Shown: positions 52,541 to 64,000 of the stretch, one piece after another
How the letters are laid out: each line of letters starts with the position of its first letter
Numbering within the stretch: position 1 is the first letter of the stretch
Assembly (NCBI RefSeq): GCF_001194135.2
Contig: NC_068981.1
Location: forward strand, 37,773,208-37,837,207
Direction: 5' to 3'
From: Octopus bimaculoides
Taxonomy: Eukaryota
DNA: 64,000 nucleotides
The notes under the pieces: model-generated
What the model was told of the DNA's origin: nothing
Seen by the model: only the letters and a program-made list of their open reading frames with translations
The model's database searches: none
Program-made: the position numbers and the translations under genes

Positions 52541-53996
52541 TATGTATCATGAAAGCCAACTGAACATGATTTGAAATCCAGACAGTCTACCACTATAACA
52601 CTCTTTAATTTCTCATTGTTGTTGATATTCTATTGGTGAAGCTATCTTTTTTCAGTTGTGTATTTTTCCCAATTTTGAGAAGCAGATAAACGAAATTTAC
52701 TACAATATGCACTGAAAATTTTATACTCGTGATCTATGAACCCAGCATTAAAATCTTCCACCATCATAACTTTTCTCTTTTTTTTATATCTGCAAAAATA
52801 TACCATTCTTAACAGAGCAGTTCAACAATCCATACATAAAATGAAAACTTTTATATTCATTCTCTTATAGCAAATATTAGAAGTAAATCTTTCCTTTTTC
52901 CCTTTCTTTTAACATCTTCCATCATGTCGTTGGAATAAAGCCAGGGCAAATATATACAACTAAACTTTGCCTTGAGAAAGCAAATTAATCTAATTCCATG
53001 AGCCATAAATATGTGTATTGATGTGGTTCAGTGAGCAAGAAGTGACAAAACTTAACTTAATTATGAATATCAGAGCATATTTACACAATGTTACACACAA
53101 AAGCATCTGAAAGTTGCAGCTATAACATAACCACAGTATATGTGTTTTGATGCTATAAGTTACATTGAAATTATAAACTCTCTCTGAAAGTGTAAACAGA
53201 CCTGAGGAACAAATAACTGCTCTCATAATGGGAAGAATGATATTTGAAAGAATTTTGTCTTTTATGAAGATATATGGGAAATTTGAGCTGATTATTTCTC
53301 TACACTTTATCAATAATATACACTCTCTATAAATGTCTAATGATTTGATAATTTCACTTAAAGGTTGTACAAGAATAAATATAAATCATTAACCACATAA
53401 GTTAATAGCAAATGCTTATGGAAGCATTTATTGGTGAATTCTTCTGTTCTAAGTTTAAAGAAGTTTATTGTGAATAATATAGATCAAAATTAACAGTACA
53501 GGTTGGTATTTCATGCCTGGTAGGTGTGTAGATGTGCTGAGAATTTTAAATTCCATCTGTGATAAATAAAACTGCAGGATAACATTTAACAAACATTTGA
53601 TTTATATTCTTTACTGATTGATAAATCAATGTAATATCACAAATTTTATCAACCATTATGAATCATATATTTGATATAAGGCTTTGATGTCTACAGTGGA
53701 AGAAAATAGCACAAAACTAACACACACAGGACAAATGGAAATTACAAACGAAGTCTAAGGAGTGAATACCACAAACAAACTCAAATATGTATGAGTTACA
53801 AACTCAAAGCAGTGAATGTATTCAAGATGGACTGGGTTCCATTTGGTTGTTGGTAAGTTATATGTAGGCCTTTGTATGTAAGTATATACATACATAGTCA
53901 ATCCAAACATGAACAAGCAAGAAAAAACAACAATGCGAGGACGTGGAATAAGTACAGTGTTATTGGATGCTCAGGAAAGGAAAGAAAAGAAAGAGA

Positions 53997-54031
53997 ATTT
54001 GACTTTTCGAGCGGAGCTCTTCAGCAGAAAT
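53997..54031 (-). ncRNA. Decayed minimal hammerhead ribozyme motif
   Basis: Minus strand reads AUUU-CUGCUGA-A-GAGC-ucc-GCUC-GAAA-AGUC^AAAU. Stems I and II pair and a GUC triplet is present, but the core reads CUGCUGA and stem III is mispaired. Confidence 0.45.
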
Positions 54032-54164
54032 ATAGAAAATGTCCAAAGAAGGGAAGACGGAGAAAGAAAATCACCAACGATACACATGCGGTCACATATA
54101 GTGTTATTGTTTATATACATACATGCATATACAAATATATATAGCTATGTAGATATATTCATAC

Positions 54165-54201
<37 letters not shown>

Positions 54202-54734
54202 GGAGGAGGAGGAGGAGGAGGAGGAGGAGGAGGAGGATGAGGATGAGGATGATGATGATCATCCTCATCATCATCTTGCTTTCTTTCTGTTTCTGTTCTT
54301 GTTTTGTTCTTGTGTGCATTTGTTTGCTTTTCCCAGAGGCTTAATGCTTTTAGCTTAAGTCCCTAGTACTTTGCTGGATTCAAATAGTCTTGGTACTAAA
54401 GGGGTGTGAAACTATAATGACTTTCCAGAAACCGACTGATGAGGAAATCTGCTGCAAATGGTCCGTGTATCTTGTTTCTGTCCTGTTTGCCGTTTGTTGT
54501 GTTATCATCTATTTTATCACTTACGTCATATTATCTATTTTTCTGCATGTTGTGTTTTAGTTTTGTTCGATTCCACTTGTTATGTTCTTTTTGTCCTACC
54601 TTTAATATATATATATATATTCCAGGAAGGCAGATATAAATGATGCTGATGATGATGAATTCTATTATTTGTTTTAGTAATTTGGGTTTTAGTCAGACAA
54701 ATTGATCCAAGGACTTGTTTTTAAGCTTAGTAAT

Positions 54735-54955
54735 TATTCTATTGATCTCTTTTGGCAAACTGCTACCCTATGGGGATGTAAACACACCAACACCGGTTGT
54801 CAAGCAGTGATGGGAGGGCAAACACAAGAACACACACACACACATACACACAATGGGCTTCTTTCAGTTTCTGTCTATTAAATCCACTCCCAATGCTTTG
54901 GTCTGTCCAACACTATAGTAGGACTGAACCTAGAACCATGTGGTTTGGAAGCTTG
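54735..54955 (-). mobile_element. Degenerate partial SINE family A
   Basis: GTAAACACACCAACACCGGTTGTCAAGC...GGGCTTCTTTCAGTTTC...AAATCCACTC...GGACTGAACC..GAACCATGTG. Confidence 0.75.
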
Positions 54956-56712
54956 CCTCTCTGCTATATATTGTGATGGGGTAGATATGTATATAGCGCA
55001 TCTGAGCAATGTGGAGAATAAAGCATGCATGCTGTTAAAAGGTCCTGTTCTACTGATGGAAACTGCAGGTTATAGAAAAGCCAAGTTTCTGAGCTGTTCA
55101 TAAAAAATAAGCTGCTGAGCACACAATAGTTCTAGAGTGAGTTTAGTCAGTCCTGCTAGATAGAATAATTAATGATTGTTGAAATGGTTTTTCTTCTGTA
55201 TGGTACTATCAGGGTTACTTGTAAAAGCTGAATATAAATTGATAATTTCATAGCTGGTCAGCTGCCCATTACTACTATGTTTGTTGTAGTGGTTGGTTTT
55301 TAATACCCACCTTTTAACTGAAACCTTAATTGTAATTCTAAAACTGTTTGATTGGTTTGCTTTAAAATATCTACAAGAAGATTAACAGAATCACCAACTG
55401 TCTGTGTTAGGAACTTGTTTATAGTTTGTGTGTTAATAGATTAATAATGGGAGGCAGACATAACCAATTACCCTGTTTAACACCACCATTTGGGTGTCCT
55501 TGTCTGAGTCTAAGAACTCAGGCCAAGTTTGTCAGCTGGGAACACATTCCCACAAGTCTTGAAGATTCTGAAAAAAATCATTATTGATGCTTTTCTTCCT
55601 TTGAGTAAGGCATAAAACAATTTTAAGCAATAAACATATAAGGTATTAAATGAATTAGCATAATGTATGAGACTCTCCTCAGCTTCATTGAGCACTGAAT
55701 GTAATAGTTATTTTCTGGGTACTTTTTTTTTGGGTGGGGTGTCCAACATAGTGATACCTCAGACAACATCAACCAGTGTGTTCTTTCTTATTAAGATGGT
55801 AGGCTTTGATCTGAGTGATATTTAGTTGTTATTTCTAGAAAGTTAAGCACTGACATAGAGATTCTTTCAATGGTCCATCAAGATATATAGTCTTTTAATT
55901 GGTCATCATAAATTGTTTTGTTTTACTGTGTAAGAAAAGATATAGCTAAAGGTAAACATATGATAAAGATTTTAATGAATAAAGGTAGTGTGAGATAGTA
56001 ATATGTAACTAGTCACCTTTAACAGTTTAATGCATATTAAAAATGGAGGATGCATGCTCATAACATCTATGTGACAAGTATTTAGGTGTATGGAACTTCA
56101 TAAATGGTAATTATCTAAACAGGTAATTCAGTCATTAGTGTCAACTTTATTTTAAAGCTTAGATGCAAATGTTGCTTCTAATAGCAGGACTATTGAAAAC
56201 TAGAGTTAGATATTTCTAACAAAGCAAACAGAAAACAGAATATTAATTTTTAAGTCAAATATGTTGCTTCAAGTTATAAATATACTTCAAACGAAATTGC
56301 AGTATTTATAATTTCTTATAATAACAGCTTGTATCATTGAAGAGCTATGAAGTCTAGTAATAATGTTTATATATATATTTATGATTAGTCGCTTGTAGTT
56401 GAAGTTGTACCATGAAGAGAGAGAGAGTGGGCGGAGGGGAGAGTAATACTAATGTCAAATGTAGCATTTATTTGCAACTTTTATGTAGAACTGAAGTTTC
56501 CATTTATGACTGTTCTTATATGAATGTAAATATTAATCTTTTGTAGTAGACCTAACTAAAGCCAGTTTAACAATTGCCACCAATAAGTGCATGAGATTGC
56601 CTATGGTTCCATGACATCAAAATGAGCTTATTTTCAAATGATTTTATTTGATGAAACCTTCCTTTTATCATTTTTATTCCTCAAAATTTTGGATTTACTC
56701 TATACTCTTTTA

Positions 56713-57113
56713 CTCTTTTACTTGTTTCAGTCATTTGACTGTGGCCATGCTGGAGCACCACCTTCAGTTGAGCAAATTGACCCCAGGACTTATTCTTTGT
56801 AAGCCTAGTACTTATTCTATCGGTCTCTTTTGCCAAACCGCTAAGTTACGGGGACGTAAACACACCAGCATCGGTTGTCAAGCGATGTTGGGGTGGGGGG
56901 TGGGGACAAACACAGACGCACACACATATATAAATATATATACATATATACGATGGGCTTCTTTCAGTTTCCGTCTATCAAATCCACTCACAAGGCTTTG
57001 GTCGGCCCGAGGCTATACTAGAAGACACTTGCCCAAAGTGCCATGCAGTGGGACTGAACCCGGAAGCATGTGTTTCGTAAGCAAGCTACTTACCACACAG
57101 CCACTCCTATGCC
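56713..57113 (-). mobile_element. Full-length tRNA-derived SINE, family A
   Basis: A-box TGGCTGTGTGG, B-box GGTTCAGTCC, core and body as at 33662-34060, and a short tandem 3' tail (TAAAAGAG)n. Confidence 0.9.
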
Positions 57114-59229
57114 TGCCCTCCTAGGATTATTAAAAAAAAATTAACTTTTTTGCTTTTCATATTGTTTTTTTCCTTAATATCCTTTTCTATTTCCATAAAA
57201 AATAGTCTGCATCAAAAGAGATACTATGCAAATAGCACTGGCCATTGATCTCTATAAATATCACGGTTAGAAACATCATTAAATTTTATATTGCATTTAA
57301 CCAAATCTACACTAATTTATGAAATGTATGTTATTCTCAAAGTTCCTCGAGTAGAGTAATGCATTGTAAGGTAGTAAGCTGACAGAATCATTAGCATGGT
57401 GAGCAAAATGCTTAGTGGCATTCCATCTGGTTTTTACATTCTGTGTTCGAAATTTCTTGGAAAATGAATTCCAAGTGTAAAATATAAAAGAGAATGGTAG
57501 ACAGTGTATTTTACTAGAAATATAGTAATTAAAGTAATTAGTAATGATGAAGCATATATTGTAAATAACTTTATATCTATCTTGTAATTCTATAAGTCTA
57601 TACTATAATTCTTTCTAATTTAGGTACAAGTACAGCAATTTTGAGGGAAGCGTATGTTAATCAATAGTGTCAGTCTCAGTAATGGGTATTATTTTATTTT
57701 ATTGACCCCAATTAGATTAAGAAAAAAAAAAAAACAGTTACCCATGACAGGACTTGAACTTCAAAACAATAGAGCCAGAAGTAATATCAGAAGGCATTTT
57801 TATTCCATTTCCTGCCTGCACTTATAGATTGATCATAATGTTTCTTTTTTAATATAGAAACTATTAGTCTAAGCTTTTAATAAATTTTGCTTTTCATGAT
57901 TTACATATTTTGTGCAAGTTAGATCTTGCTCTTTTTAATGTAGGTTTTATTCACTGCCATTGCTTGATGATCATGTTGGCATTTGGAGTTTATTGCAAGT
58001 TTCAAATTTATAGTCATTTTCAAATTTGTGTGACATCTATCACTTTTGAATATGATGGAAATTTAAAATTTCCTTTGTCAAAACATTAGAGTGTTGATCT
58101 AGCTGATGCAAAATGATTATCACACATACACTCTTATACATACTTGTTCAGGTGTGTGCACATACATTTTCAACAAATTTTCTGTACAACTTAGAAGGAT
58201 TATGTGAATGATGTTAAGGTCTTGGAGCTAGCAAAAATTAAAGGTTTTCTTGTGACTTAGCAGACTTAGGTTGATCAAGCACATAGTTTGTATGCAAGAT
58301 GAAAACATATATCAAAATGTCGACTTCATTGAGATGTATGTTCTGTGAAACTATCTCCTTTGACAAAGTTAACATACAAGAGCTGCCTTTAATCCCATCT
58401 AAAAAATGCAATATTCATGTGTTAAGTTGGGAAAATTATTGTCAATAATAGGGCACCATAGAGAAAAATATACACTGAATGCATCCATGCATTTTGAAAA
58501 GAATTGCATTAAACCAAACAGGTAAAATGAAAGTTGAAGCAAAAGGTAAAAAACCCTTAAGCTCCTGGTATCTTGTAATATTTTATACTTGTGCTCATCA
58601 AATTGCTCAACAAAGTGAATTTTGTTAAAAGAGTCAATTTAGAATATTTATATTTTGATTCTGCATTCACAAATTAACTTTTTCCCTAATCTCTGGAAGT
58701 TTCAGACCTGCATGCCTTAGTGCTCATGCTTTAATTCAGTTTGTATTTCACTCTTCATTTCTTTCTAGCTTTCACTACCCAAAAATTATTCACTTGCATT
58801 TTGTCATACCATGTCAAACCTGCAATGGCTCTTTGAGTCAATGCAAAAAATATTCCTCCATGAAGACATGATACCACTTTCAACTGAGCAATTTACTCAC
58901 TGCATATTTCAATGTAACAATCTTATAACTGATTGTCTTTATTTTTGACAGCAGTCAAAACCCCCAAAATTACTACAAATGCTATACTTCACACTTATTG
59001 ATCTTTACTGGTGATTTCACATATATGGCAACAAAAGGTCCATCTCAAGGACTACATAACTTTACCCTTCATAGCTAAAAATTACTTCTACCCAAACAAA
59101 ACTGCTAATTGTCTGTCTTTGTAAAGCTAAAGTATAGCCCACAATGTAATACTAATTCTACACAACTTCAGAACTAAGCACTCTGACATTAACACAAGAA
59201 CATTGAAGGCCAGGAGAATTATGATTATC

Positions 59230-60070
59230 GATTCTTCTATTTTGAAACTCTAAAAGGTGAAACACTCCCATCCAGATGATACCAGACAGAAATTCCAGCT
59301 GAAATTTGATGTATTGATTGCAGAATAGATTCAATATAAAGCTTGAATCAGATCGTAACAAGAACATCTCCTTTAACACCCTGTTAAATAAAAAAATATG
59401 GGAAAATGTTCCCTTTCAAGAGAATCTGTTTTGAAGAGCTTTACTTAAGTGGTAATATGGACACTGAAATGTTCCACAAACTTTTGATAACCACAGCCCT
59501 GTGGAAAACTCATTCTCTAATGGTGAAACTGCTTATGAAGCTAATTGAGTTTAATAACTAATGCAACAGTTGAGAGAATTTCTCTATGATAAAACATCAG
59601 CTGAAGGTACACAAATTAACAATGGCACACCAAAAGCTAAATAGATTTTCTCTTAAGGTAATTGAAAATGATATTCTGAACAACTTACAATTTATTAATA
59701 TTTTGGAGAAATTTGTTTCCAAGAAATTACATGTCGCAAATTCTTGAGTGTTAATTGTGGTTATTCTTTGCAAAATAAGTGTAATATTTCTTTAAACTTT
59801 TCCTTATAAAAATATCACTCGCATGTGCATAGTGATTGTAGTGCAGAGATCTACAATATTTTGACCAGTCTCTTGTGGTACAATCTGCATAGGAACAATT
59901 GTCCTTAAAGGTGACAGCAAACAGGTTATTGTATAGAAGAAAGAGTGTAAGAGTCATGACCAAGTTCTGCTGAATACTAAAGATTTTGGAGTGTTCTTTA
60001 GAAAGAACCCCATCAGTGAGCATTGCAACTGGAAAATCTCACAGACTCTGATGCAGATGTGAATGAAACC
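59230..60070 (+). pseudogene. Very degraded LINE (RTE-like) reverse transcriptase remnant
   Basis: EIPAEI...SLNQIV resembles GPDEIPAE.W, and NLTDSD-ADV resembles L.DLD(F)ADD. There are many stops, and the match was made by eye only. Confidence 0.35.
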
Positions 60071-60134
60071 CATAGATGAGACCAACACCAGAATATCTTA
60101 TTGGATACTTTACTCCAGGTCTTGTTAGATAGAA

Positions 60135-60262
60135 TGGCATGTAAAAAGCACCATTTGAGTGTGACTGATACAACCTTCTGGCTCACCACCCCTCAGTCAA
60201 ACCGTCCAACTCATGCCAACATGGAAAGCGGATGTTAAACGACGACGGTGATGATGATGATA
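60135..60262 (+). mobile_element. Family D retroposon 3' end
   Basis: GGCATGTAAAAAGCACC...GTCAAACCGTCCAACTCATGCCAACATGGAAAGCGGATGTTAAACGACGACGGTGATGATGATG. Confidence 0.7.
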
Positions 60263-63200
60263 TATTTATATATACACACTGTATGTATGCATGAATATGT
60301 GCAGGTTTCTATGTTTTGATTTATGTACATCTTTTCATGCATTTAGTTGCATATATAGACATGCTCATATATACTTAAATGATAAACTTCTGGAAAGCTT
60401 CACAGATGTTTACAGTTCCCAAATCAACTTTTTCCTTTCTGGTTTTGAGAGGCCTAATTTCTCAAGATTGGTATTTAGGCAGTGTTACATATCCCAGAGT
60501 CCCAATAATTACATGTATAAAGCTGAACTCGTATTCTGTATGATGTATGTATGTAAGTATGTATGTATGTATGTATGTATGTATGTATGTATGTATGTAT
60601 GTATGTATAAAACAGAATTAAGCTATCACAGATATGAAGCAAGTTTATATTTATCATTGTTGTTTATCTTATATAGTCCTGGTCAGCTCCAAGGTAATCT
60701 TGGTGCCACAAGAGACGTCTGATGAAATCAAATTCTACTCAACCAGGAGATAAATTACACTGGTTTATTGGTCTAGAATAATGCTAAAACAATAGATATT
60801 GTGTGAAAACTCTTTAAGATTAGTAATATATTGAGGAGGCTAAATTTCAAGTGTGTATTCATTAGCAATCTTCTTTGATGTAGCATCAAGAGCATTCAAG
60901 AGGATAGATATGTGAAAATTATTAGACAAATAGAAATAATGGTTAGCAAATACTTCTTTATTACTTTACACTCTTTAATGGTTCTAGAATTTAGTCTGAA
61001 AGAAGATCTGAATTATGCATGTTGTAACATTTTACTTGTTTCAACTTGAGAATAGATGTCGTTCCCTTCTCAATCCACTGGGAATAAAAATAAAATGCAA
61101 AACAATTTTGAGAATATCCTTTGTTTCAGTACGTGTTAGCATACTAAGGTGTAAGTTAATAATTTGAGTCACTGTTTATGTAACACACACACACACACAT
61201 GCACGTAAATGGCAATGCATTGAAATTACTGTGGAGAAAAAAATTCTCTCTTCTGGTAAAAGGTATAAAAACACCACATCTGTCTAAGGTTGCACTCTAT
61301 CATATTTTCAGGGGCAGTAGTTTTAGCTCTTTAGCTGTCATCAATGGGAGATACTAAAAAGAGATAACTCTGGGCAGGTTTCCAGCCATAGCTATAACCA
61401 AAAACACAGCCAACAACATTGTGTTGTGCTATTGGACTGCCAGGTCAAGAGAAATTCAACGGTATCAGTGCCATGCAGTGTTTATGCATAAGCAAGCTTT
61501 AGGTTAGTCAAAATATGTTTTGCCATACAAGAGAATTTTTTTTTCTTCACAGAAATTGCAGTAAATTTTCCTTTAGAAGTTGAAATATGCCACAAGCATA
61601 TTTTAACTAACCTAAAATTCACTTATGCCTAAACATTACTTGGCACTGATACTGCTGAGTATATATATACTGTAATTCTTGGTGAATTAATTTGATGTTC
61701 CTCCATAATATGCAGATTCTCATATCACCATAAGGTGCAAATGTAGCAATTAATTGTGTGACATTTAATTTAAACGAAGCCTTATTTCTCAGAAAAATCT
61801 TTGTTGGAAAGTATGCATCTTCCACATATCTTACCAAGTACCACTCACAAGTGACAGAGTGAAAGCAAGTTGCATTCAAGTGATGATAAGTCACATTAGC
61901 ACAACTGTTTGAAACTCTTTTTAAACTGTCAGCTCTTGAATTGTGTTTTCAATCTGTTTGTAGCACTTTAGAATACATTTCCTTTGTTCAAAGCTTGGTC
62001 TGGCTCCCTTCATTATTTCTCATGGGTTAACTCTAAGAAGAAATGAAATTTAAATGATTTATCAGCTGGTAATTTGTGTATAAATGGTTTGCGGGTGGGG
62101 GAACACTGTTACTCTGTATATACAACACACACACACACACGCACGCACACACACACACACACACCTGTATACACATATATATACATATAAATGTGCGTGT
62201 GTGTGTATTCAATCTGTATAGCAGTGGTTAACTCTCTATTATAATACATACATACATACATACGTATCTTAATAATGGTAATAATAATGATAATAATAAT
62301 AAACAATTTTACTTATGGAGAAAACACCAACAAATTCAAAATATATTTTAGTGACAAATTTATTGACTCCAAGCATTGGCAATAATTATAAGAGATTACA
62401 TTTATTATGAAAATGTCACAATGAATCTAGAGAATTAATGATCAACTATTTCAAACCCCAAATACATTATTTTATTAAAATGAAAATTATAAGATGAGAG
62501 AAAGACATTTAGTATTTTCTATCACCACAATTGATAGGGAGAAGATAACAAATATTAAATCAGCAGCTATTTTGTATAATTTTGACACAAATTATAATCT
62601 GTTTCCTTACTTTAATGACTGCTATAACATATTATTATAAAACCAAGGAAAACTTTATGGGATAGATTTAAAAGAATCAGTATAAGAAAAATCCAAATTA
62701 AAGGAACAAAAGAAAAATAAAAGCAGCCTAAGCGAACATACTAAAATTTGATTGATTCAAGACAATAAAGTTTATGACTTCAGATATTTCAGCATGAATT
62801 TCAGAATCAGTAAATTTCCTAAAAGCTGGAAGTTACTTAGGTTGGAAGAGAAAAAATTACATTTTTACAATACATGAACTCACAATTTTCCATTATATTT
62901 CTTTATAGTTATTTAATGTGAATACTACAATGCTGCAAGCTTTACTCAAAATGTACAGCAGACTATCAATAACTGTACAATTTCCATTTTAAAGTTTGCT
63001 GTCCACTTGAATGTAGCTTCCAGCTTGTGTATATTTATATAAAACAATTGATGGAACAATTTTATAGAAAAAATTTTGTTTCACTAGCAAATACAACAGT
63101 TTACCAAGTTTTGTTACATTTAAAAAGAATTGTAAGCTGCTGATTCTTCATTCCAACCTATTACTATATTCTGTCTGAATTCAACACCCTTTTCAGACTT

Positions 63201-63619
63201 GTTCATCCTATAAAACCTTCTGTATCTCTCAGAAGGAACCAGAATTCCTTTTAATACAGAAGATGCAGCTTTCTACTGGCAAACAAGCATGAGAGAATGC
63301 CGAGAAGCATGACAATAAAATGTTCCTAACCCACAGAATATCAGAACACCATAGTAAAGCTTTTTGTGCCAGATAAGTTCATTTGACAAATCAACATTAC
63401 ATACTTGCTGTAGCTTTTATTTCACAAATAGTTTTAAATCATTTAAAAGACAACAAACCTAAAAGTAGTGCTGCTTTTCAAAAGACAAACCATGGAAAGA
63501 AAAGAATATTTTTAAGAATAAAAAGTTTGATGTTGTTCTACATAATCAACATTATAAAGAAGAGAGTTTATAAATTATGCCTCTTTGATAAGATAGCTGT
63601 TGGAAAGCAATGTTTGATT

Positions 63620-63900
63620 AACGATGTACCCAGGAGCAACCAGTTTTGAGTTCAATGGACGAGGTTTGATGAAAGATAATACTTGAATTTCTCTACTGAA
63701 TAATGGTTAATAACAAGTAGTTCACATACTACATCATTCATCTTCAGTCTGAGACTGAGTAGTTCCTTCATAAGATATTCAGCAAAGCTCAGTAGATTGA
63801 CTGGATCACCACCAGTACAAAGTTCATTAAAACATTGATCTCCATTTAAGTACTAGAATCGGTTTAACTGCCTCTGCTTTAGTCTCCAAATTCATAGGCT
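63620..63900 (-). pseudogene. Possible hAT (Buster/Charlie-like) transposase fossil
   Basis: Minus-strand fragments: ELCTGGDP (cf. CTDGAP), MNDVV, and FIKPRPLNSKL (cf. NFIKSRPLNSRLF). They lie in different frames. Confidence 0.4.
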
Positions 63901-64000
63901 TAATGCAATAGAGTGGCATAAATTATAGAATGCTGCATTTAAATCATTTAACTTCAACGGGAGTTAAAGTGATTTCATTTAAATGATTTTAGAATTTTAA

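Noticed and set aside
54436-54450. Other CTGATGA heptamers, also near 3290, 44990 and 60718
   Set aside because: None has a stem II followed by GAAA, so they are not hammerheads.
61619-61894. ORF containing ATFAPYGDMRIC, loosely RRM-like
   Set aside because: It lacks RNP1/RNP2 motifs and has no coherent acceptor/donor pair.
1-64000. CRISPR arrays, rRNA or prokaryotic operons
   Set aside because: There is no repeat-spacer periodicity or rRNA-like sequence, and the content is typical of animal non-coding DNA.

Overview
AT-rich eukaryotic genomic DNA, most likely intronic or intergenic, from a draft assembly. The window is dense in microsatellites and has about 12 N-gaps, many of them next to (TA)n or (CA)n tracts. 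I found no convincing host protein-coding exon, rRNA, true tRNA or CRISPR array. Most ORFs in the supplied track are microsatellite or N-gap artefacts. The repeat families resemble ones I associate with octopus genomes; this is recollection and not verified. The window is a transposon graveyard. It holds a full-length but dead Tc1 element with perfect 41-bp TIRs and TA TSDs (11414-12650), a second truncated Tc1, and an internally deleted hAT(m)-like element (50954-52193). It also holds a Helitron that keeps the C-terminus of its Pif1 helicase (22684-24185, minus strand), two Helitron-like 5' fragments, two TTAA-flanked piggyBac-like MITEs, a mariner-derived MITE, RTE-type LINE fossils and several SINE-like families. 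The most interesting signals are an apparently intact minimal hammerhead ribozyme core (5744-5779, minus strand) with a decayed relative (53997-54031), and three unexplained fold-back palindromes (17106-17155, 27683-27746, 44230-44476). All alignments and translations were done by eye.
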